Shown here piece after piece: positions 8,554-17,798 of a DNA stretch of 64,000 nucleotides. A program made the position numbers and the translations under genes. The stretch lies in sequence record OP380601.1; one strand, given 5' to 3'. A model generated the notes under the pieces. That model did no database searches. It had not been told where the DNA came from and worked only from the letters and a program-made list of their open reading frames with translations. The number at the start of each line of letters is the position of its first letter. The stretch's first letter is position 1.

Positions 8554-9010
8554 AGAAATTGAACGTAAGTGGGTTGTAGATAAATTTCCAAATGTTGAAT
8601 TTGAGAATGAGAAAACCGTATATATCACTCAATGGTATATTGATGGAGTCCGATATCGTAAGGTGCTTTTTAGGGATTATAGTTATCAATATATCCGCAC
8701 TGTAAAAACAGGTTTCGGTCTATCTCGGGATGAAGATGAATTCGAAATGGAAGAGAAAGAGTTTCATGAGATCGTTTATGCTAGTGGGTCTACTGGCTTG
8801 CGTAAGATCCGATACAAAATGCCTTGGATGGGCTACACTATAGAATTTGATGAAATGTTGGATTATCCGACCATGTATGCAGAGATCGAGTTTCCTACAG
8901 AGAAAGAAGCTTTGGATTTTTGTGACTATCCCGAGTGGTTTGGTAAAGAAGTAACGTATGATACCAATCACTCCATGTATGCATATTTTATGAGGTTGAA
9001 TGATGAGTAG
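8546..9010 (+). CDS. CYTH / triphosphate tunnel metalloenzyme
   Basis: KEIERKW (ExExK), KIRY, IEFD, AEIEF, PEWFGKEVT. Confidence 0.85.
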   Translation: MAKEIERKWVVDKFPNVEFENEKTVYITQWYIDGVRYRKVLFRDYSYQYIRTVKTGFGLSRDEDEFEMEEKEFHEIVYASGSTGLRKIRYKMPWMGYTIEFDEMLDYPTMYAEIEFPTEKEALDFCDYPEWFGKEVTYDTNHSMYAYFMRLNDE

Positions 9011-9320
9011 TATGGAATTTGTTAAAGGGGAAATCATTTCCCTTGGGGTATCTTTAGAAACATTCATGAAAATTGAAGATTATGATGATGCACTAGAAGA
9101 ATTTTTGGATAAGTATTATAAATCAAAAGAATATATTTTGGTTGATGGTATCGTCCATAAGGTTATAGAGTACCAAGAACTAGACCCATGTGGTTATGTT
9201 GATATTGAAAAAACAAAGGACGGTACTATCAAATTTATATCACTATGGTATAATGGCGGTGGCGATCTTGATGAGTGTTTGAGTGAGGCTATTAAAGATG
9301 AAGCGCGTAAAAATAATTGA
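9000..9320 (+). CDS. hypothetical protein
   Basis: Coupled ORF. Confidence 0.75.
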   Translation: MMSSMEFVKGEIISLGVSLETFMKIEDYDDALEEFLDKYYKSKEYILVDGIVHKVIEYQELDPCGYVDIEKTKDGTIKFISLWYNGGGDLDECLSEAIKDEARKNN

Positions 9321-9564
9321 TGGACGAGAGTTCGTTGAATCTGGGTTCCCAGATGCTGATGTTGTTGAGATGAATGCATCTATCGTAAAATGGTTTTATG
9401 AAAACAAAGAAAATGAAATCTTTGTAGTTAAAGACCCAAACCAAACAAACCCACAAGGATATATGTTCTATATTGAGCTATATCAAGACGGTGTAAAAAT
9501 GTATAAATTTAGTCCCATTGCGGTTTATGACTGGGAACTAGAAAAGTTTTTTATGGTTTTGTGA
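9298..9564 (+). CDS. GoF-like domain protein (divergent)
   Basis: MKRVKIID..F....N; C-terminal DWELEKFFMVL. Confidence 0.45.
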   Translation: MKRVKIIDGREFVESGFPDADVVEMNASIVKWFYENKENEIFVVKDPNQTNPQGYMFYIELYQDGVKMYKFSPIAVYDWELEKFFMVL

Positions 9565-9601
9565 TTGACACATACATGTGGGTATGAGATACTACCCACA
9601 T
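9565..9601 (+). promoter_or_regulatory. early promoter with stem around -10
   Basis: TTGACA-17-GATACT; ATGTGGGTA-TGAGATAC-TACCCACAT. Confidence 0.85.
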
Positions 9602-9620
9602 CAATTAACAGGGAAATATT

Positions 9621-9800
9621 ATGAAAGCGATTATTGATGTTAACAACGTACAGCTCCAAATTTCGAAACTGTCTGTAAAATATCACCCAAGTATCGTCGA
9701 TGTGATTATGGATATCGACCCCGAGATTTGTCCGGCTTTGGTTATTGAACATCACGAATATAAAACTATCATGAAATATATTGAGATGGGTAAACAATGA
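9621..9800 (+). CDS. hypothetical protein, 59 aa
   Basis: First ORF after promoter, AGGGA SD; below track cutoff. Confidence 0.7.
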   Translation: MKAIIDVNNVQLQISKLSVKYHPSIVDVIMDIDPEICPALVIEHHEYKTIMKYIEMGKQ

Positions 9801-10033
9801 AAAATATTCTTGATTTTCCAGTAGGAACACCCAGTAGTGAAATACCAACACATATGTTGTTTGCTCACGAACGGCGCATTATGGAAACCATCAATATTGT
9901 TTTTGGTGACCAACAAACATTCGTTGAATACGTTAAGGATAAAGATCCAGAAGTCTGGGCAGAAGAAATCCGAAATAAGTATGAAGAAGTAACAGGTTTT
10001 AAGTTCCCCCGTAATATTAAGTTTGGAGAATAA
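9797..10033 (+). CDS. hypothetical protein
   Basis: ATGA-coupled. Confidence 0.7.
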   Translation: MKNILDFPVGTPSSEIPTHMLFAHERRIMETINIVFGDQQTFVEYVKDKDPEVWAEEIRNKYEEVTGFKFPRNIKFGE

Positions 10034-10034
10034 A

Positions 10035-10535
10035 ATGAAAAACTATCCATATTTCCGGTCTTCTGTTTTGGATGTATTTTGTAAAAAGACTCGGTTATAT
10101 CCGCCTTCCGAAATCTTCTTTGGTCTTGTCAATCCAACCAGCCAACAGAAAAAGGCCGAGGTTCGGATCGCTGGTATCTGTGAAGAACTTTATGCTCTAG
10201 AAGTCGGTACATTGCGAGATCTCCGAACTGCCATGAATGATGTTCTGGTAATGGAGCAATTTCACGAAAATATCAAGTCGGTTGTCTTTATTGAGAAGTG
10301 CGCAATCCTTCAAGCCCATGTGAAGTATGCTATGGAGTGTCTAAATGCCATGATGAAGAAAGAACCGTTGTTGAAAGAATATTTCGATTGGGGCTTGACC
10401 AAGGAAGAAATCAATAGTACAATTTTCAATATTGTAGTCGCCAAGATTGATGATCTAGAGCCAAAGGATATTGCTACTATTCAAAATCCTATCATGACTT
10501 CAGAATACAACCGAATCAAAGGACTAAAGAAATGA
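10035..10535 (+). CDS. hypothetical protein
   Basis: GGAG SD. Confidence 0.8.
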   Translation: MKNYPYFRSSVLDVFCKKTRLYPPSEIFFGLVNPTSQQKKAEVRIAGICEELYALEVGTLRDLRTAMNDVLVMEQFHENIKSVVFIEKCAILQAHVKYAMECLNAMMKKEPLLKEYFDWGLTKEEINSTIFNIVVAKIDDLEPKDIATIQNPIMTSEYNRIKGLKK

Positions 10536-10732
10536 CCGGTAAATGTAATGTTCATTATCAAGATTACGATTCTAGCTATGAATTTTCAGATGATCACGCA
10601 CTGCCAGAAATCCAATCTATACAAATTACTTATGATGGTGGTCGATTTGGGGTTTACATTAACGGAGAAGTGTTTTATTATAATAGCTCAAGTGGTAATG
10701 ACTTTTCCTTTTCAATTAACAAGGTAGATTAA
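10532..10732 (+). CDS. hypothetical protein
   Basis: Coupled. Confidence 0.65.
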   Translation: MTGKCNVHYQDYDSSYEFSDDHALPEIQSIQITYDGGRFGVYINGEVFYYNSSSGNDFSFSINKVD

Positions 10733-10734
10733 TT

Positions 10735-11187
10735 ATGAAATTATCATTTTCCCAACTTAATGAAATGTGTGGTGGTAATGTTGCTGTAGTAGATGCATAC
10801 ACTTTTGGTAAAAACTTTGTTATCTGGAATGTATGTGGTTATGATAATGTGTATCATCAAGTAAAAGTTCCTCTTCAAAAGATCTCTCGTTCGTATGCTC
10901 TTGAACTTCTTGAGTATGACCCAGATCAACGAGTTCGGGATTATGAACTTGAACATGAATTACATCAATATGATATTGGGATCTTCATCGACGGAGATCA
11001 ATATTCTGCTTGTAATAGTAAACATAGTTTCCATTCTAACGATTATGAACGGTGGCCTATTAACTGGGATACACCAGTAAACAAGTTTAAACTCGGTCGT
11101 ATTGCAGAGCTGGAAGATAATATCCAGTTGCTGCGTCAAGAGATTGTAAAAATCAAAGATAGTATGAATGGAGATAATAAACAATGA
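10735..11187 (+). CDS. hypothetical protein, C-terminal coiled coil
   Basis: 150-aa ORF. Confidence 0.75.
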   Translation: MKLSFSQLNEMCGGNVAVVDAYTFGKNFVIWNVCGYDNVYHQVKVPLQKISRSYALELLEYDPDQRVRDYELEHELHQYDIGIFIDGDQYSACNSKHSFHSNDYERWPINWDTPVNKFKLGRIAELEDNIQLLRQEIVKIKDSMNGDNKQ

Positions 11188-11384
11188 TTAGCTTTATCTT
11201 GATGTTGATGTCGATTTACGTTATTGTATATTCTGTCTTGATTTTGAAAGGTTGTCATAAAAAATACTCACTACTCTGGCCTTTGGTTGCGTTTTGGGTA
11301 GTGGTCACTCTTATTCAGATTTGGATCGAAATGATTTGGGTAAAAATTCTGGATTTTAAAAATTATATTAGTAAAATTCGTTGA
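11184..11384 (+). CDS. small membrane protein
   Basis: Two hydrophobic helices. Confidence 0.65.
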   Translation: MISFILMLMSIYVIVYSVLILKGCHKKYSLLWPLVAFWVVVTLIQIWIEMIWVKILDFKNYISKIR

Positions 11385-11416
11385 CATATGATTGTGGGTA
11401 TGAGATATTACCCACA
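11381..11416 (+). promoter_or_regulatory. early promoter with stem around -10
   Basis: TTGACA-17-GATATT; TGTGGGTA-TGAGATAT-TACCCACA. Confidence 0.85.
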
Positions 11417-11440
11417 TAGACAACACATGAGGAATATATT

Positions 11441-11977
11441 ATGAATATTAAAATTACTACTTCTGGATTTTCTACCCTTGGTATGTTTGGGCAGAATCAC
11501 AGACTCATCGAAATTAACGGTGTTCCTTTGCTGTATACATGTACAGCTTATGACATAAATGATCCTCGGGTCTTTGTTCTGGAATCAAACCGTCAACTCA
11601 ACAATATTGTAAAACGTAATGTTGTGGTAGATACACAATGGGTTATGGATCATATTGATGAACTAACGGAAGAAGTAGAAAAACATAATGTTGTGGTAGA
11701 TACACAATGGGTTCTGGACCATATTGATGAACTCATTGAAGAAGCAGAAAAACATAATAGCGTCTATATCTATTGTGTTACTACTTCCGGTATGATTGTT
11801 CGTCCATCTAGAGAATCGTTCTCTTGGGGCGCCGCTAATTATATCTCCGGACATTCAACCGATACTTTCGATATGTCATCCGACCTATTTGTTAGTGTGA
11901 TGAAAGATATTATTGAGAATGACGAAATCACCCGATTCTATTTTGTGGATTCAATCACGGGAAAGGAACTCTCCTAA
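11441..11977 (+). CDS. hypothetical protein with 23-aa internal duplication
   Basis: NVVVDTQWVxDHIDELxEExEKH twice. Confidence 0.8.
   Translation: MNIKITTSGFSTLGMFGQNHRLIEINGVPLLYTCTAYDINDPRVFVLESNRQLNNIVKRNVVVDTQWVMDHIDELTEEVEKHNVVVDTQWVLDHIDELIEEAEKHNSVYIYCVTTSGMIVRPSRESFSWGAANYISGHSTDTFDMSSDLFVSVMKDIIENDEITRFYFVDSITGKELS
11618..11755 (+). repeat. 69-bp tandem duplication (2 copies)
   Basis: Units start at 11618 and 11687. Confidence 0.9.
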
Positions 11978-12201
11978 TGTTTCAACAAATATTTAAGAAA
12001 TTGTTTTGTTCTCATGATATGAAAATCATTTTCGAATACACATCCGAAAGTATTGCAGAACAACTTGCTCGGGTTAATTGTACCAAGATCACCCCCAGAT
12101 ATATCGATGACCTAACAAACATCACATCTAAAAAGCAGGTAGTCATTGTTTGTTGCAAAAATTGTGGTAAAATGAAGACTATCAAAACCAAATTCAATTA
12201 A
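11977..12201 (+). CDS. small Cys/His protein (DUF1660-like)
   Basis: KLFCSHDM...CCKNCGK. Confidence 0.6.
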   Translation: MFQQIFKKLFCSHDMKIIFEYTSESIAEQLARVNCTKITPRYIDDLTNITSKKQVVIVCCKNCGKMKTIKTKFN

Positions 12202-12212
12202 GGAATTCTCTC

Positions 12213-12845
12213 ATGTTCTCTATGTTTAATAAAACTACCAAGACCGATAAATCCGTTGCTATCTCTTCTCGTATTGATTGGATCACGAAGTACGTTGACA
12301 CCAAAGAAAAACTGGCGGTTTTTATCGATGCCATTGTTAACCCAAATTCTAATTATCTGGTGATGGGTCGTTCCCCGATTTCTCTAATCACTCCCGTGTT
12401 TGGAACCGAAAACCGAAAAGATCTATATTGCATTCGAAACCGTTTCAATGAAACCAAAATCACGGTTGAATCATACGGTGTTCGTATGTGGTTTAAGAAT
12501 AATTATACCACTCGATATATTCTGAAAGTTCTTACCAAATTGTTTAAGGTTAGTTCTGTTCGACTCACCAACGATCCCAAGTACCCATACAACGTAGTGA
12601 TCAAAATTGGTAAGCCATCCGGTGAAGTAGTTTTTGACACCAGCCTTGATGACAAGATTGAAACTATCATGAAAGATATCGAACTGTGTAAATCGCGAGT
12701 TCTTGTTCAAGATGAACTAATTAAAAAATATGGGTCTGAGGTTCGAGTAATCAATGAGAAGATCCAAAAAGAAACTAATTGCAAATACCATTGGTCTGAT
12801 AAAATTCGTGAACTCGAAAAACAAATCCGTGAAATTAAAGGTTAA
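12213..12845 (+). CDS. hypothetical protein, C-terminal coiled coil
   Basis: 210-aa ORF, AAGGA SD. Confidence 0.8.
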   Translation: MFSMFNKTTKTDKSVAISSRIDWITKYVDTKEKLAVFIDAIVNPNSNYLVMGRSPISLITPVFGTENRKDLYCIRNRFNETKITVESYGVRMWFKNNYTTRYILKVLTKLFKVSSVRLTNDPKYPYNVVIKIGKPSGEVVFDTSLDDKIETIMKDIELCKSRVLVQDELIKKYGSEVRVINEKIQKETNCKYHWSDKIRELEKQIREIKG

Positions 12846-12850
12846 CTAAA

Positions 12851-13303
12851 ATGAGTCATACTAAGATTAAACCCCATGTATTGGAAAAGGCGGTTAATAA
12901 CTATTTCCAGATTAATGAAGTTGCAAAGAAAATGGTTGATAAACGTCTAGCCGAAGTAATGGCAGAAACTAAAGTTGTCGGTTGGTTTTTTAAACGCACG
13001 GTCAATAAAGTTGCATATGACGAGGATCATAATCCATTCTCACAACCGCATATAATCAAATTTGAATTGATGCAAAAATTGCGTGAAGCTCTTTCTCTTA
13101 AGAGTAGTAAGATCCTCAATAAAGTATATGAGTATAAGTCGATGTGCGATGTATGCCCGTCAGGAGATTTTCACGATCAAGAAATTGGCTTTATATATGC
13201 AGATGAGGAAATGTGTTGGTTCATCGATCATATGAATAAAACTAATTCAATTGTGGTTGAAAAGGCTGCGGCTAAACTTTGGTGGAGTGAGTCTAATGAT
13301 TAA
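12851..13303 (+). CDS. hypothetical protein
   Basis: 150-aa ORF. Confidence 0.75.
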   Translation: MSHTKIKPHVLEKAVNNYFQINEVAKKMVDKRLAEVMAETKVVGWFFKRTVNKVAYDEDHNPFSQPHIIKFELMQKLREALSLKSSKILNKVYEYKSMCDVCPSGDFHDQEIGFIYADEEMCWFIDHMNKTNSIVVEKAAAKLWWSESND

Positions 13304-13688
13304 GAAGCTTAAATTTAAAAACCCCGCTGCGGCTCGCGCATGGGTAAACGAAATCCGAAGTAACTATTTCGGGTTCAATTTTAAAACCGCAACCGACCGA
13401 TATAAATTTGACGAGCTAACCCAAAAGGTATATGATTTTCCAGATCGGGTTATGGAGGTTGAAGTAGATGATCGGGGAATTGGAATTTCTATCGATGGTT
13501 GGTCTGTTGGTGAATCTTCTGGTGAATTCCTTTTGTATGAATACGATATCCTTGATGGTATGGACGAGGTAATCACGACCCCACCAGCAGATCCTTTTTA
13601 TGTAGAGCTTGCGGAATTGGCTAACAAATATAATATGGAACCACAAACCGCATGGCACAATATGTTCCGTAAGAGGGTTTCACAATGA
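13296..13688 (+). CDS. GoF-like domain protein
   Basis: KKLKFKNPAAARAWVNE. Confidence 0.5.
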   Translation: MIKKLKFKNPAAARAWVNEIRSNYFGFNFKTATDRYKFDELTQKVYDFPDRVMEVEVDDRGIGISIDGWSVGESSGEFLLYEYDILDGMDEVITTPPADPFYVELAELANKYNMEPQTAWHNMFRKRVSQ

Positions 13689-13981
13689 AGCTAGTAAGTC
13701 AAAATAACGTAGCTCCCACATTCGGGGTTGATTTCCATGGAGTTCGTCTAACCGTTCCCATGAAATATCTACATGGTTACTTGGCAATGGATTCTGATAT
13801 GGTTGTGTACGCATTTCAGAGCAAACCATTAACTGTACATTACTATGATTTTAAGGTACAATATTGGTCTAGTGAACGTGGGGATTCATGTGCGATTGCT
13901 ATAGTAGAAACCGATATGGACTGGAAGGATACTCTTGTTAGTCTACAAGATAACTCAGTAACAAAATACTTAGGAAATTAA
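13685..13981 (+). CDS. hypothetical protein
   Basis: Coupled. Confidence 0.75.
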   Translation: MKLVSQNNVAPTFGVDFHGVRLTVPMKYLHGYLAMDSDMVVYAFQSKPLTVHYYDFKVQYWSSERGDSCAIAIVETDMDWKDTLVSLQDNSVTKYLGN

Positions 13982-13982
13982 T

Positions 13983-14324
13983 ATGTTTTCAACTTTAGCT
14001 TTTAGTTTGACATACGCACAAATTCATTCAATCAAACCATACATTTATGATCTGTATATGGGATATACCCATTGGTTTACATATACCGATTTACATGGTA
14101 ATCAGCGTTTGGTGATTTGGTGTTATGATGAGTATGGAGATCTGAAATTAGTTTTCACCGATGGGTCTGAAGTAATGATTTTGGAAACCATTAAACGGTT
14201 TGTTAATTGTGGATCTACATATGGTACTGGTAAGATGCTGATGAGCATTCCAGAATTATATGAACATATGAAATCTGATGTATTTTTTATGTTTTGTGAT
14301 GGTCGTCTACAGGAAGCATTTTAA
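13983..14324 (+). CDS. hypothetical protein
   Basis: AGGA SD. Confidence 0.7.
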   Translation: MFSTLAFSLTYAQIHSIKPYIYDLYMGYTHWFTYTDLHGNQRLVIWCYDEYGDLKLVFTDGSEVMILETIKRFVNCGSTYGTGKMLMSIPELYEHMKSDVFFMFCDGRLQEAF

Positions 14325-14325
14325 T

Positions 14326-14553
14326 ATGGAAAAGAAAAATTCCGAACATATTCTAATTGGACTGGATCGGGTTCACACTATATCTATTATGATGGGCGAT
14401 CTTTTGGGGTCAGTAGATGGTGAAGACATTAGTGATGTACACGTTGCGTTAAAGCCCCATGCACATCTCTTACTGAGAGCGCAAGAAAGTATGGGTGAAC
14501 TGTATCAACTTCTTGGGAATGACCTGTATCACAGCGAGGAAGACTGGGAATGA
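14326..14553 (+). CDS. hypothetical protein
   Basis: AGGA SD. Confidence 0.7.
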   Translation: MEKKNSEHILIGLDRVHTISIMMGDLLGSVDGEDISDVHVALKPHAHLLLRAQESMGELYQLLGNDLYHSEEDWE

Positions 14554-15086
14554 ATGAAGAAATAGTTTATGCGAATAATGACGGGATCTATATTGGTTGT
14601 GAAATGGTTTGCGTTGAACCTGTTATATTCCATGGTCTCTCACTTGTTGATGTTGGTACTAAGGTAATCGTCTATGGTTATGATGGTATTGATATACTGA
14701 TCCAAGTACCTCATCAACTAAACCCATTTAGAGAATGGTCTATCCCCAAAAAGTATTTTAAGCTGGTAGAATATAAAGAACCTGCTCATTTTTCATTTAC
14801 AACCAATTCAAATTTTATTACCGTTCAACAAATGAGGAATGTACTTTCCCGCATTGGTGATGGAGATGGAGTATTTGAAAAGTGGCATAGTGGTGATTTT
14901 GAAACTGTCTGGACATATAAAGAAGAAATCCCCAAATTGTCCTGTGGTGATATCGTGAACCATATAGATACAGATCGTAATGGTGTTATCTATAACGTAG
15001 ATGAAACTGGTATTCATGTTCGGTTTTGGGATGGTGGTAAAGAAGTATTCCAGAAAGGCGATTTGCGATTGGTACGAGGGGATTGA
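14550..15086 (+). CDS. protein with two SH3/KOW-like beta domains
   Basis: VGTKVIVYG..IQ.PH and CGDIVNH...GVIYNV..IHVRFWDG repeats. Confidence 0.5.
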   Translation: MNEEIVYANNDGIYIGCEMVCVEPVIFHGLSLVDVGTKVIVYGYDGIDILIQVPHQLNPFREWSIPKKYFKLVEYKEPAHFSFTTNSNFITVQQMRNVLSRIGDGDGVFEKWHSGDFETVWTYKEEIPKLSCGDIVNHIDTDRNGVIYNVDETGIHVRFWDGGKEVFQKGDLRLVRGD

Positions 15087-15087
15087 T

Positions 15088-15348
15088 ATGAAACTGATTG
15101 TTAAGGCTCCCCATGTAGAAGATGGGATGACCATAGGACCGTTCCAGTGGATAGAGAATGATGGTAATCTGTATGTGTGGCGATTCCATCAGAAGTTCAC
15201 CAGAGAGCTGTATGACCGTATGCTGCGGGAACTAAATGATGGAAAGCCGTTTGTTGGTGAATCTAAGGATCTGGCTGCTCGTAAGTATCTAAAGTTCGGA
15301 AAGGAAGTAGATCCTAGTTCATTGGTTTCTGGGGTAGTTGTTAGCTAA
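15088..15348 (+). CDS. hypothetical protein
   Basis: GAGG SD. Confidence 0.7.
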   Translation: MKLIVKAPHVEDGMTIGPFQWIENDGNLYVWRFHQKFTRELYDRMLRELNDGKPFVGESKDLAARKYLKFGKEVDPSSLVSGVVVS

Positions 15349-15602
15349 TGCACCAAAATGGTGCAATTGGATATTATATGAAAATAGTTAATGAGATGCC
15401 AAAGACCGGTTCCTTTGTTATGGTCTGGGGAGACCCCGACCATCTATTCAGTGAGAGCTTTAAGTATATTGATGGTGTTCTTCATAACTGGTGTATTATA
15501 GGTGACGATGACGATGGTAATGTTTATGAATCATGGATTGAAGATTACTGGGAATCGTCTTCCATCATGACAGATGCTAATACTAAATTTATTGTAAATT
15601 AA
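15348..15602 (+). CDS. hypothetical protein (similar to 28447)
   Basis: MKIVNEMPKTGSFV resembles VKEMPKCGKFV. Confidence 0.65.
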   Translation: MHQNGAIGYYMKIVNEMPKTGSFVMVWGDPDHLFSESFKYIDGVLHNWCIIGDDDDGNVYESWIEDYWESSSIMTDANTKFIVN

Positions 15603-15672
15603 TAAGTAATGAAAATGGCTCATAGGGTAATCCAATTGAGCTTTACCTAAACTAAAAGTGAGGAAATGAAAG

Positions 15673-16143
15673 ATGTTTGATAAAATTGTAAATTTTGTAA
15701 TTGAACTGGAAAAAGAAGGCTTTGTAGATAAGGTCGGAAAGGATGAGTATAAATTCGTTATGGATTATTTCTATACGAATCCATTTTCCCCGTTGTGTAT
15801 TAAAAACGTTCGTACTAAGGATCCAGTTAAGTATAACTACCGAGAATGCTTTTATGTAACCAATGTACGCAAACGCCTAATTGAAACTGGTGATGTAAAC
15901 TCTATATGGAGTTCTGGATATCGTCATATGTACAATCAAATCCTTCGTGATATGTATGGTGATAACATTGTATCCGGTTATCCACTACGGGAGATTATTG
16001 ATGTTGTGAATGAAGTTCGATATCATTTCCGATTTAAGGGAAACAGTTTTAATTTGATATCTAAGATGATGGTTAATTCTCTGTTTGTTGCTATTCGGGA
16101 TCTAACTGATATTGTGGATGAACGATTTTTATGTTCTAGTTAA
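15673..16143 (+). CDS. hypothetical protein
   Basis: GAGG SD, 156 aa. Confidence 0.75.
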   Translation: MFDKIVNFVIELEKEGFVDKVGKDEYKFVMDYFYTNPFSPLCIKNVRTKDPVKYNYRECFYVTNVRKRLIETGDVNSIWSSGYRHMYNQILRDMYGDNIVSGYPLREIIDVVNEVRYHFRFKGNSFNLISKMMVNSLFVAIRDLTDIVDERFLCSS

Positions 16144-16156
16144 AGAAAAGTTTGAT

Positions 16157-16402
16157 ATGACAGTTGCACATATCAAGTCGTCTGGTGGATACCCTATCTA
16201 TTGTGAACTAGACCATTTTATCTATGTGTCCCCAGAACTCATTAAGTTTGAGACTGATACTCATAACGATAAGCTAATTAATATTATGGTAGTTGATGAT
16301 ATGGTGTATGTATCCAATTCGGCTAAACACCAAAGCCGTAGGGTTATGTCGATGAGTGTTGATAATGAGAAACATCTAAATTTGATTTCAAAATGGAAAT
16401 GA
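16157..16402 (+). CDS. hypothetical protein
   Basis: In-module ORF. Confidence 0.65.
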   Translation: MTVAHIKSSGGYPIYCELDHFIYVSPELIKFETDTHNDKLINIMVVDDMVYVSNSAKHQSRRVMSMSVDNEKHLNLISKWK

Positions 16403-16403
16403 T

Positions 16404-16667
16404 ATGTTGAACTTTAAATATTTACATTCTGGTGAGTATTGTCACAAAACAAACACCATAAAGATTGATAATACTTTGTTCTTCTTCTCTGAAAAGAGTG
16501 GGGAAATTTGTATGTCAAAGAGTGGGGGTGTTGATATACCGATGTATAGGATTCTCAATAGAAACGAGCTTAATGAATTTGAACACGAATTCAGGCAAGT
16601 TAAAGAGAATTACTGGGAGTCTTATGAAAAGTCATACCGGACTATTTTAGAAAATTTATCCAATTAG
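16404..16667 (+). CDS. hypothetical protein
   Basis: In-module ORF. Confidence 0.7.
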   Translation: MLNFKYLHSGEYCHKTNTIKIDNTLFFFSEKSGEICMSKSGGVDIPMYRILNRNELNEFEHEFRQVKENYWESYEKSYRTILENLSN

Positions 16668-16672
16668 TTTCA

Positions 16673-16708
16673 AAAGGGCTTGTCATACGATAGGCCCTTT
16701 GTTATGCT
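16673..16708 (+). terminator. terminator fused to early promoter
   Basis: AAAGGGCTTGTC-ATAC-GATAGGCCCTTT+GTT (G-U pairs); TTGTCA-17-TATGCT. Confidence 0.8.
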
Positions 16709-16740
16709 ATCCGTATACGAAATGATGTTAAGAGGTTATT

Positions 16741-16956
16741 ATGTTTACTGTTACTATTAGTGAAACTGAAAAGATTTGTGTACATTCCAAATATGATTCT
16801 GGTACACACTTGGGCTTCATCGCAGGACTTCGTTCTAAAGGTGAATATACATCAGAAACCCCTGATGAGTTTTTGACCCCAGAACAAATCTCCAAGCTGG
16901 AAATGATTTTGTTGATGGAAATTAAAAAGATGGTTGACGAATACAAACGGGTATGA
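16741..16956 (+). CDS. hypothetical protein
   Basis: GAGG SD. Confidence 0.7.
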   Translation: MFTVTISETEKICVHSKYDSGTHLGFIAGLRSKGEYTSETPDEFLTPEQISKLEMILLMEIKKMVDEYKRV

Positions 16957-16978
16957 GACACTAGCTTTGTTGGAGACA
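16934..16978 (+). promoter_or_regulatory. early promoter, chimeric cassette
   Basis: TTGACG-17-GACACT; left half like 9565, right half like 21549. Confidence 0.7.
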
Positions 16979-17003
16979 TTCCCAAATCATCTAGGAGAAT
17001 ATC

Positions 17004-17264
17004 ATGAATTACGTAGTATCCCTTGCTAAGAAAGTCGTTAACGTTGCAGAAAATGAGATCACTGATGAAATCTATGATCAGGCCAGTAATGTTATCGGTG
17101 TCGATTATGACTGGGCATGTGAATCCATCTATTACGGTGATGTTGAAGAATGCATAGATACCATCCGCGCTTATATGGAATTCCTCAACTGTTTCCCTAC
17201 TAAGTATTGGATGCCTTCTTTGAAAGATGATATGGAAGAAATCAACAAGTTGTTGGAAAGCTAA
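17004..17264 (+). CDS. hypothetical helical protein
   Basis: AGGAG SD. Confidence 0.75.
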   Translation: MNYVVSLAKKVVNVAENEITDEIYDQASNVIGVDYDWACESIYYGDVEECIDTIRAYMEFLNCFPTKYWMPSLKDDMEEINKLLES

Positions 17265-17274
17265 GGAGATTATT

Positions 17275-17517
17275 ATGCACAATTTTATGGTTAAGATTGG
17301 TTATACCCTCGTCAATGATGTATCAGAGTATAACAATTTGTGTGCCCGCTACTTTACATACTACGGGGATAATATGTATCTTGCTCGGGATTATGAAGAA
17401 AGTGATTTTCCCCTTTACATGAAAGAGGTAATCACACACGACTGGGGCAATGATGTGGAAATCCTTAACTTCTCAACTGTAGACCCTAAAATTGTTCAGG
17501 AGCATTACCATGATTGA
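17275..17517 (+). CDS. hypothetical protein (intact paralogue of 20726)
   Basis: KIGYTLVN..EY / DFPLYMKEV. Confidence 0.7.
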   Translation: MHNFMVKIGYTLVNDVSEYNNLCARYFTYYGDNMYLARDYEESDFPLYMKEVITHDWGNDVEILNFSTVDPKIVQEHYHD

Positions 17518-17734
17518 TACCATCATTAACAGTCAGATTGGATTTGCGATCATCACAGCAATTTATCTATGTGCAATTATCTACAATGGGGTATCTACAT
17601 ATTACGAAACCCGTTCATCAAGTAAGCTGGAAACGTTCTTTATGTACACCATGCACATTCTAGTGTGTGGGCTATGTGTGAAGGGTTATATGATAATTCT
17701 AAGTTTTGTTGATTTCAGTAAAATGATTGGTTGA
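17510..17734 (+). CDS. small membrane protein
   Basis: Two hydrophobic helices. Confidence 0.7.
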   Translation: MIDTIINSQIGFAIITAIYLCAIIYNGVSTYYETRSSSKLETFFMYTMHILVCGLCVKGYMIILSFVDFSKMIG

Positions 17735-17780
17735 CATACAAGACTGATATTGAGATACTAATTCCGTAGACAGAAACCCC
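17731..17780 (+). promoter_or_regulatory. early promoter
   Basis: TTGACA-17-GATACT, GTAGACAGAAACCCC leader. Confidence 0.85.
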
Positions 17781-17798
17781 ATAGAAAAGGAAAATATC

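Noticed and set aside
16728-17282. Long antisense ORFs (also e.g. 21576-21950, 42185-42562, 45766-46119, 52419-55656 plus-strand ORFs)
   Set aside because: They shadow well-supported genes with SD sites on the opposite strand, lack RBS or promoters, and are expected from biased codon usage.
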